Assembly (NCBI GenBank): GCA_013151875.1
Contig: JAADHL010000179.1
Coordinates: forward strand, 1-37,554
Reading direction: 5' to 3'
DNA length: 37,554 bases
Source of the DNA: Deltaproteobacteria bacterium
GTDB taxonomy: Bacteria > Myxococcota_A > UBA9042 > DTJE01
Of this stretch, positions 18,207 through 25,337 are shown piece after piece (position 1 is the stretch's first letter; each line of letters starts with the position of its first letter). A program made the translations under genes and the position numbers. The notes beneath the pieces were generated by a model. That model was not told the origin of the DNA and did not search any database. It saw only the letters and a list, made by a program, of their open reading frames with translations.

Positions 18207-18709
18207 GCGCTTTCAACCCGGAATCGGCCCCATTCCCAGGATACAAGGTACCTGCACTCTTCATTGGGCAAGAATCTGATTCTGCTTGCGTCGCCGATCA
18301 GGCGAAGGACCCTTGCGTGGGCCGAGGCGAATTCTTCCCGCAGGCCCTGCTTCCCCTGGGTTTCGCCAGAAAGCAGAACTCCAAGGCCCCGCACGACTGC
18401 AAACCTGGGCAGGTATCCGTTCTTTTCCCTGAACCGCCCAACGCCCGAGCGAACCATGGCTTCGTCATCACCTGGTTCGACGGCCAGCGGCAATTCCCCC
18501 ATGTGCACCACATGGTCGGGGTGCAGGGAACCCTTCATGGTCGCGTCCAGAAGGGTCGGCTCGAAGGCCAATGAGCAGGCATCCCGATCTGAAGCCCAAC
18601 GCACGTCAACGTCGGAGGAGGTGTCGGACTCGGCAGCAAGCGCATTCCGCAGCCACTGGGCATGGGGCATGGGGTCCTGGTGAAGCGGTTGGCTGTTTCG
18701 CCCGGACAC
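18203..18709 (-). CDS. class II aldolase/adducin-type domain, C-terminal half (split from 18606..19361)
   Basis: ORF 18203..18709 (GTG start in the track). HPDHVVHMGELPL, PRFAVVRGLGVLLSGET and ECRYLVSWEWGRF match, from memory, the second half of the aldolase domain of YuxG/RhaD-type bifunctional aldolase/SDR proteins. Confidence 0.65.
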   Translation of the reverse strand: MSGRNSQPLHQDPMPHAQWLRNALAAESDTSSDVDVRWASDRDACSLAFEPTLLDATMKGSLHPDHVVHMGELPLAVEPGDDEAMVRSGVGRFREKNGYLPRFAVVRGLGVLLSGETQGKQGLREEFASAHARVLRLIGDASRIRFLPNEECRYLVSWEWGRFRVESA

Positions 18710-19361
18710 CTGCGTCGCCGAAATGATCGCGCAGCACGGAAAAGACCTCCCGGCGCAACTTTTCGATGTTTTCGGGGGAATCTCCAGTCAATATCAGGCC
18801 GTGGTTCTGCATGAAAAACCACTGCGGCTTTGTCCCCGTGCGCCGCGCGTGTTCCTCGATGCCGCGCACGAACTCGATTGTCAGGAAAAGACCCGGCTTG
18901 GCGTAAGGTATCCACAGGAAACGCCTGTCGTCGAAAAGCCGTGCGGCGACCTCCGGTCCGTCACGCAGGCAGACAAGGGCCAAGGCATGTACTGGGTGCG
19001 TATGAATTGCCAGCCGCCCCGGCAGCATCGCGTGGATCATGGTTTCGATGGAAGGTCGCCCGGATGTCGGGCTGGTGCGGGACTCTAGCACGCGCCGCAG
19101 GACTGCCTGGTCCAGACGTGCTTGAGGAAGCCCGGACAAAGAACGATCGCTCACGATGGATCGGATGGCGTCCAGGTCCACTTGGACGAACCCTTCGGGA
19201 AAACGGGCGGATTTCAGCCTGACACCGGACAGCGTCACCCACATTCCGCCGTTGCCGGGCTTGAACGAGGCGTTCCCGCCCCCGCCTTGCACCATGTCGG
19301 GGTCCGCCCCATGACTCCGGCACATCTCTTCCAGTTGAGTCTGTTCACGATTGACGGACAT
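18606..19361 (-). CDS. class II aldolase/adducin-type domain, N-terminal half
   Basis: ORF 18606..19403. I prefer ATG at 19361 (AAGGAAG upstream; 17-nt overlap with the SGNH gene). Motifs: QGGGGNASFK, RPSIETMIHAMLP, HTHPVHALAL, FLWIPYAKPG, MQNHGLILTG. After DHFGDAGV the frame runs into a non-homologous Pro/Ala/Cys tail that overlaps ORF 18203..18709 by 104 nt. Confidence 0.7.
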   Translation of the reverse strand: MSVNREQTQLEEMCRSHGADPDMVQGGGGNASFKPGNGGMWVTLSGVRLKSARFPEGFVQVDLDAIRSIVSDRSLSGLPQARLDQAVLRRVLESRTSPTSGRPSIETMIHAMLPGRLAIHTHPVHALALVCLRDGPEVAARLFDDRRFLWIPYAKPGLFLTIEFVRGIEEHARRTGTKPQWFFMQNHGLILTGDSPENIEKLRREVFSVLRDHFGDAGVRAKQPTASPGPHAPCPVAAECACCRVRHLLRR

Positions 19362-20928
19362 GGCTTCCTTCAACATCCTCGCGGCGCTCCAGGTAGTCGG
19401 CAAAGCCCTTGAGAAGGGCCTTGTAGAAGAGGTTGCCGATCACCTCGTAGCCCGCGGGGGTGGCGTGCCGGTAGTCGCCCCAGCCGAGGCGGGGTTTCGA
19501 CTTGTACCAGCGGCCCATGGCGCCGGGTCCTCCCATTGCGCTGAACGTGTCGAAGAAGGCGCAGCCCTGGGCCATGGCCACCTTGCGCTGGACCTTGACG
19601 ATCCGCCTCAGCACGGGAATCGTCCTGACCCTGCCCCTGGGCCCGACCTCCCCCTGGTCAAGGGGAGCCATCAACAGACAGGCCGCCCCGGGCTTTCCCC
19701 GTCGCATGAATTGCACGACTTCAGTGAGGTTCTTTTCGTACCACTTGCTGCTCATCTTCCTGTCGCCCGCCTCGTTGCCCCCGAAAGCGAGTATCAGGAG
19801 GTCGGGGTCGCGGTGTCTTACCTGGGCGTCGAAGTGGTCCGGGTCGGCGTTCAGCATGCGGGCCGCGCGCGCCCCCACGATGCCCAGCGAGTCATAGACC
19901 ACGCCTGGGCCGGGCCTCTCCATTACCACCCCGTACATGCGGACCTCGCCGTGACCGATGGCCCTGATGGATAGTTCGTGCGGGCCGTCGTCCACGTCGA
20001 TCCGCTTCCAGCGGTCCTCGGTCGAGGGGGCCTTTGTGGACAGCACGTTCGCCTTGCCTCCATCCACCTTCCATTCCAGATCGCCCCCGCCCTTGTGGGC
20101 CTGATAGAACAGCTCGAAACGGCTCACGCTGGTGCCGATTGGGCCTTCCTTTACCGTTCCGTAGGTGGCCCGGCCGCCGCCCCAGGAACCATAGGACACG
20201 CCCCCGTAACCGTAGCGCCCGTCACGCCTTTGGCCCCGGATGATTGGATACAGCTTCCACCCGCTGCTTTTGAAGACCACGTCCTTGTGGCGGTAGGGCA
20301 TGTAGCCCTTGGCCGTGAGAATGAACCCATGGCCCGCGTCGCCGAAGCGCTTTTGCAGCCTGCGGCGCAGGGTGGCTGTTATGTCGTCCGCCGCTATGGT
20401 CGAGTCCCCCCAGTGCGCGATCCGGGTTATGGCGCCGGCGCGGCCCTCGGCCGTCCTTTTCAGGGCCTTGTAGAAGGGACGCATGGCAACGCCGCCCGGG
20501 TCCTCGATTTCACGAACCAGGCCCTTCAGTTCCCTGGGCTCGACCGACACCTCAACGGAGACACCGGCCTGATCCGCCACGGAGTCATCCCCCAGGTTCT
20601 GGGCCAGGGCCGCGCCCAGTTCCGCGGCCAGGGACTCCCGCGCCCTGTCGCCCGTGAGCGCCTCTTTTCCGGTCCCGCCGATCCCGGGCGCGCCTCCGTC
20701 GCCCGCGGCGTTCCCATCCTCGAACGTGAACAGGCGCAAAAGGGGCACCGGCTCACCGGGCACCCACGGGCGGTAGTCCGACAGGAACGGCAATACGTAC
20801 GTCAGACCGGCGCATGCCAGCAGGGTGACCCCCACCACCGCCAGACGGGGCAGACCCGGCCGGTCCGTCTCGTCAACCTCGTCACGCCTCTCCGGTCGGC
20901 TGCTCCAGTTTTCCCACCACAGGTCCAT
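19345..20928 (-). CDS. membrane-anchored SGNH/GDSL-family protein, partner of the MBOAT acyltransferase (PatB/AlgJ-X/DltD-like role)
   Basis: ORF 19345..20928. N-terminal anchor LAVVGVTLLACAGLTYVLPFL. SGNH blocks: IAHWGDSTIAAD, ILAFGGNEAGD, GDYRHAT. It lies 16 nt downstream of the MBOAT gene. Confidence 0.75.
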   Translation of the reverse strand: MDLWWENWSSRPERRDEVDETDRPGLPRLAVVGVTLLACAGLTYVLPFLSDYRPWVPGEPVPLLRLFTFEDGNAAGDGGAPGIGGTGKEALTGDRARESLAAELGAALAQNLGDDSVADQAGVSVEVSVEPRELKGLVREIEDPGGVAMRPFYKALKRTAEGRAGAITRIAHWGDSTIAADDITATLRRRLQKRFGDAGHGFILTAKGYMPYRHKDVVFKSSGWKLYPIIRGQRRDGRYGYGGVSYGSWGGGRATYGTVKEGPIGTSVSRFELFYQAHKGGGDLEWKVDGGKANVLSTKAPSTEDRWKRIDVDDGPHELSIRAIGHGEVRMYGVVMERPGPGVVYDSLGIVGARAARMLNADPDHFDAQVRHRDPDLLILAFGGNEAGDRKMSSKWYEKNLTEVVQFMRRGKPGAACLLMAPLDQGEVGPRGRVRTIPVLRRIVKVQRKVAMAQGCAFFDTFSAMGGPGAMGRWYKSKPRLGWGDYRHATPAGYEVIGNLFYKALLKGFADYLERREDVEGSHVRQS

Positions 20929-20944
20929 TGACTTCCTTTTTCCC

Positions 20945-22366
20945 TCAGAACTGGAAATAGATATACGGAACCACCTGCGTGGAGGCGATTTCCATCAACG
21001 CTCCGCCCAGGACGGCCAGGATCACCCCCTGGGCCACGGCAGGCAGCCTCATGAAACCATGCTTCACGAAATCCACCAGAGCCTGGGGCGTCCAGTGGAT
21101 CAGGTAAGCGATCGCCAGCACGGCCCAGACCCCTGCCGAGACCTGGGCCACGGAGGACGTGCCCTGAAACAACTGGGCCGTGACCTTGCCCGCGGTCGTC
21201 AGGTCCGGCGACCTGAACAGGATCCTCGACAGGACCGTGAAATGGAACATCGCAGCCACCTTGATGACATGCATCCACCTGGGGTCCAGGGTCCTGGAGG
21301 TCCGGCCGGATCGCTTGTAGAAGAATCGGTGCGCCACCATTGCGCAACCATGGATCGCCCCATAGACCACGAAGGTCCAGCCCGCCCCGTGCCACAGTCC
21401 AATCAGGAACAGGGTCAGCCACAGATTGAAATACGTGCGGGCGGGGCTGCCCCTGGAGCCTCCCAGGGGAAAATAGAGGTAGTCGCGAAGCCACGACGAA
21501 AGGGTCATGTGCCAGCGCCTCCAGAACTCGGCCGGGCTGCTGGCCTGGTACGGGCGCTCGAAGTTTTCGGGCAGGCGGAACCCCATGAGCCTGGCCGAGC
21601 CCCGCGCCACGTCCGTGTACCCCGAGAAGTCGCAGTACAGTTGCATGGTGTAGGCATAGAGGCCGATCATCACCTCCACGGACGTGAAGGCCGCGGGGTT
21701 GTCGAACACACGGTCGGCGAGGTTTATCGCCAGGAAATCGGCCACGATCACCTTCTTGACCAGACCGCGCAGTATCAGGAACAGGCCCTCGCCCACCATG
21801 TCCGAGTTGATGTACGGGCGCTTGATTATCTGCGGCAGGAAGTCGCGGGCGCGCACGATGGGGCCGGCCACTAGCTGGGGAAAGTACGTGACGTAAAAGG
21901 CGTAGCGCAGGAAGTTGCGTTCGGGCTCGATGACGCCTCGGTACACGTCTATTGTGTAGCTGAGAGTCTGGAACGTGTAGAACGAGATCCCCACCGGCAG
22001 CAGCAGGGCCAGATGCGCCTCGGGGATCTGGATGCCCACCACGGACAGTGTGTCATGGACCGCGGACGCGAAGAAGTTGAAGTACTTGAAGGTCCCCAGC
22101 ATCCCGAGGTTGCCCACCAGGCTGACCATGAGCCAGGCCTTCTTCGCGCGCCGGCCGTTCGCCCGGTGCAGCATCAGGGCGACCGTGTAGTCGAGGACCG
22201 TGGAGGCAAGGATCAGGGTGATGTATTTGACGTTCCACGCCATGTAAAAGCGGCACGAAGCCAGAAATGTGAAAAGGATCCGCGTCCGTTGCATTCGCGC
22301 GAGGGCCCAATAGACCACCAGCACGACCATCAGAAACAGGATGTATTCGAGGCTGTGGAAAAGCAT
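20945..22366 (-). CDS. MBOAT-family membrane-bound O-acyltransferase (AlgI/PatA/DltB-like)
   Basis: ORF 20945..22366, 473 aa and polytopic. MLFHSLEYILFL is a typical N-terminus. FWRRWHMTLSSWLRDYLYFPLGG and LIGLWHGAGW carry the conserved MBOAT histidine region. Confidence 0.9.
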   Translation of the reverse strand: MLFHSLEYILFLMVVLVVYWALARMQRTRILFTFLASCRFYMAWNVKYITLILASTVLDYTVALMLHRANGRRAKKAWLMVSLVGNLGMLGTFKYFNFFASAVHDTLSVVGIQIPEAHLALLLPVGISFYTFQTLSYTIDVYRGVIEPERNFLRYAFYVTYFPQLVAGPIVRARDFLPQIIKRPYINSDMVGEGLFLILRGLVKKVIVADFLAINLADRVFDNPAAFTSVEVMIGLYAYTMQLYCDFSGYTDVARGSARLMGFRLPENFERPYQASSPAEFWRRWHMTLSSWLRDYLYFPLGGSRGSPARTYFNLWLTLFLIGLWHGAGWTFVVYGAIHGCAMVAHRFFYKRSGRTSRTLDPRWMHVIKVAAMFHFTVLSRILFRSPDLTTAGKVTAQLFQGTSSVAQVSAGVWAVLAIAYLIHWTPQALVDFVKHGFMRLPAVAQGVILAVLGGALMEIASTQVVPYIYFQF

Positions 22367-22487
22367 TTCGTCCGTACCGTACCGGCAATCATCTTATCAG
22401 CGCCGGGAAGGGCGCACAAAGAGAACGCAACCTGGGCTATTATTCCGGCAGTTCGAGCCTTGTCGGATTCTTTATGCGGTACCTGAA

Positions 22488-23405
22488 ATGAAACGCTTGT
22501 TCATGTCGATGCTGATCGGATTTGCCGTCGTTCCCGTCACTTTATCCGCCAGGACCATGGAAAGCGCCGTGGGGTGGAAGACTGCTCGCCCGGTCAAGGC
22601 CGTGGTGGTCGGGGCCTCGATCGCGGCCTATTACGCAGGCAACTTCGGGGAACAGCTCCAGGGGGCCTGCTCGAACCTGGAGGTCGTCAACCTGGCCCAC
22701 CAGAAGGACAAGGCCCGCGAGATAAGGCACCGGTTCGAGGAAAAATTCCTGAAAAACCGCGGCCTGTTCAGGCGCGCGCCCGGACGGGAATACTGGGCCC
22801 TGGTGCTGGGCGGGCTCAATGAGATATGGGCCCCCGAGCGCGTGAACCTGCAACTGTTGGTGATGTTTCGCAAGGCCCATGCTGCGGGCGTGAAGGTGGC
22901 GGGGCTGAGCCTGACGCCGTGGGGCAGCGACGGGGACCGCAGGAGGTGGCGGGGAATCGCCGGACTGCAGACCCACCTGGACACCCGCAAGGTAGTGGAT
23001 TTCGTCCTGGGACGCCTGTCGCCGAAGGAGGCCCTGGGCCGGTACGCGGGCGACATGCGGCAGTGGGCCGATGGCGATCTGCCCGATTTGAAGGTGGACC
23101 TGTGGGACTCCGATCTGCGTGATCGCAATGCGCGGATCCGTCCAGCGGCGCCCCTGAAAAAGGCATTGCATCGCAGCCTGAAATGGAGGCGTCGGGTGGG
23201 GCGTCTGCCCAAAAATGAACGTAAGGCCCAGTGGAACAGGCTGCTGGACACCGCGCGCAAGGTCCCCAGGCACTACCTGCGTCGCGACCTGCGCTCTTTT
23301 GACAGCACCCACCCCAATCGCGAGGGCCACCGCATCATCGCCGCTCGCATCTGCGCTCATGCACCGGCCTCGTGGGGCTGCGACTGCTCGGCACTGGACA
23401 GATAA
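22488..23405 (+). CDS. secreted SGNH-like protein, divergent from the MBOAT operon
   Basis: Internal ATG at 22488 of ORF 22341..23405 gives the signal peptide MKRLFMSMLIGFAVVPVTLSA. Motifs: VVVGASIAAYY (block I-like, GAS), LGGLNE (block III-like), DSTHPNREGH (DxxH). Confidence 0.55.
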   Translation: MKRLFMSMLIGFAVVPVTLSARTMESAVGWKTARPVKAVVVGASIAAYYAGNFGEQLQGACSNLEVVNLAHQKDKAREIRHRFEEKFLKNRGLFRRAPGREYWALVLGGLNEIWAPERVNLQLLVMFRKAHAAGVKVAGLSLTPWGSDGDRRRWRGIAGLQTHLDTRKVVDFVLGRLSPKEALGRYAGDMRQWADGDLPDLKVDLWDSDLRDRNARIRPAAPLKKALHRSLKWRRRVGRLPKNERKAQWNRLLDTARKVPRHYLRRDLRSFDSTHPNREGHRIIAARICAHAPASWGCDCSALDR

Positions 23406-23487
23406 AAGGATGACGCACGCTCTGGACGTCGCGGCAGATGCGGACTAAGTTACGGGCAGTTTTTTGCGCACCGGCAAGGAGGGTTTC

Positions 23488-24252
23488 ATGGAAATCAAAG
23501 ACAAGGTAGCGGTGGTAACTGGAGGCGCTTCGGGCATTGGCTTGTCAATCTGCAAGCTGTTCGCCTCGAAGGGCGCCAAGGTCGTGGTGGCGGATATCCA
23601 GGGCGTGGACGAGGCCGTGGAGGGGCTGAAGGCGGCCGGCGGAACTGCCGCAGGAAAGGTCTGCAACGTGGCCAAGGAAGACGACGTGGTGGCCCTGATG
23701 CAGTTCGCGGTGGATACCTTTGGCGGGCTGGACGTGGCAGTGGCCAACGCGGGCATCCTGCGCGACGGCCTGTTGTTGAAGGTGGACCGGGAAACAAAGA
23801 AGGTGGCGGCCACCCTGACCCTGGACAAGTGGCAGCAGGTCATCGACGTCAACCTGACCGGCGTGTTCCTGACCGGCCGGGAGGCCGCGAAACAGATGGT
23901 GAACCTGGGCACCGGCGGCGTCATGATCCTGATGAGCAGCATATCCAGGGAAGGCAACTTCGGCCAGACCAACTATTCGGCAGCCAAGGCGGGTGTCGCC
24001 TCGATGGCGGTTGCATGGTCCAAGGAACTGGCCCGGTTCAAGATCAGGGTCAACTCCATCGCCCCTGGGTTCATAGGCACGCCCATGGTGCTGAAGGACA
24101 TGAAGCCCGAGGCCCTGGAAAAATTCAAGAAGATCATTCCCATCGGCCGCTTGGGCGAGCCGGAAGAGATAGCGCAGACAGCCGCCTACATCGTCGACTG
24201 CGACCTGGTTACCGGCGTGTGCGTCGAGGCCACCGGTGGCATGAGGCTGTAG
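23488..24252 (+). CDS. short-chain dehydrogenase/reductase (3-oxoacyl-ACP reductase-like)
   Basis: ATG at 23488 (AAGGAGGG upstream) within ORF 23464..24252. Motifs: [14 protein letters not shown], catalytic S...YSAAK, and [15 protein letters not shown]. Confidence 0.9.
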   Translation: MEIKDKVAVVTGGASGIGLSICKLFASKGAKVVVADIQGVDEAVEGLKAAGGTAAGKVCNVAKEDDVVALMQFAVDTFGGLDVAVANAGILRDGLLLKVDRETKKVAATLTLDKWQQVIDVNLTGVFLTGREAAKQMVNLGTGGVMILMSSISREGNFGQTNYSAAKAGVASMAVAWSKELARFKIRVNSIAPGFIGTPMVLKDMKPEALEKFKKIIPIGRLGEPEEIAQTAAYIVDCDLVTGVCVEATGGMRL

Positions 24253-24284
24253 GAGGATCGCCAGCGGCGCCACGGAGATTCGAA

Positions 24285-25337
24285 ATGACTGACGACCCGG
24301 TCCGTGGATGGGCGTTCGCCCGATACTGCATCCCCCTGGTCGTGTTGCTGGCGACCGTCGCCGGATGCAGGGACCATGTCGGGGCCGGACTCAAGATGCC
24401 GCCCGTGCTCGTGGCCACCCAGAAGGCAGCCCGGTCCACCATGGAGGACACCAGGCGCTTTACCGGCTTTACCTACCCGTGGGAGGCCCGCGGCGTGGGG
24501 TTCATGGTGGCCGGTCGCGTGACCTCCATCAAGGTGGACGAAGGGGACCACGTAAAAAAGGGTCAGACCCTGGCCACGCTGGACCCCAGCGACTACGCCC
24601 TTCAGGAACAGCTTGCGCGAATCCAGGTCGAGGCCCTGGAGCCGAACTTCCAGCGCGTCGACGGCCTGGTGAAGGAAAAGGCCCTCTCCGAGGCAAAGCT
24701 GGATGAACTCAGGGGAAAGTACCAGGCCGCTCTCACCCAGCGCAAACAGGCCCGCCGCCAGGTGGAGTACACGCGACTCGCGGCGCCGTCGGACGGCGTG
24801 GTCATGGAGCGCAAGACCAGCGTCGGTCAGGTGATCGGCGCGGGGATGCCAGCGGTAGTCCTGCTGGACCTGTCCAGGCTCAAGGTGAAATTCGGCGTCA
24901 CGCAGCAGGACCTGCACCTGTTCGAAAAGGGCCGCGAACTGCCGCTGACATTCCCCGGAGTAGAGCGGGAATACACCGGCCGCATCGACGGCGTGTCGGT
25001 GGTCCCGGATCCAAAGACCAGGACCTACGAGGTGAGCGTCGCGGTGGATAACGGCGATGGTCAACTCAGGGCCGGCATGCTTTCGCACGTGAGTGTCGCC
25101 ACCAGGAAGGTAAGCGGCATCTTCGTGCCCCTGCTCGCCGTCAAGCGGGACAGGGGCCAAGGGACCGTGGTCTACTTGTTCGACCCTGACACCCGCAAAG
25201 TGGTTCAGCGGCCAGTGAAACTGGGTGCAAGGTTCAAGGACCGCGTCCTTGTGACCGAGGGTCTGAAGGACGGCGATGAGTTGATCGTCGAGGGCCAGGG
25301 CTTCGTCAACCCGGGCGACGAGGTCAGAGCCAGATGA
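24285..25337 (+). CDS. efflux RND transporter periplasmic adaptor (membrane fusion protein), lipoprotein
   Basis: Internal ATG at 24285 of ORF 23829..25337. Lipobox LLATVAGC. A biotinyl/lipoyl-like hairpin (VDEGDHVKKGQTLATLDPSDY), a coiled-coil and beta-barrel segments are typical of the HlyD/AcrA family. The stop overlaps the pump start (ATGA). Confidence 0.9.
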   Translation: MTDDPVRGWAFARYCIPLVVLLATVAGCRDHVGAGLKMPPVLVATQKAARSTMEDTRRFTGFTYPWEARGVGFMVAGRVTSIKVDEGDHVKKGQTLATLDPSDYALQEQLARIQVEALEPNFQRVDGLVKEKALSEAKLDELRGKYQAALTQRKQARRQVEYTRLAAPSDGVVMERKTSVGQVIGAGMPAVVLLDLSRLKVKFGVTQQDLHLFEKGRELPLTFPGVEREYTGRIDGVSVVPDPKTRTYEVSVAVDNGDGQLRAGMLSHVSVATRKVSGIFVPLLAVKRDRGQGTVVYLFDPDTRKVVQRPVKLGARFKDRVLVTEGLKDGDELIVEGQGFVNPGDEVRAR

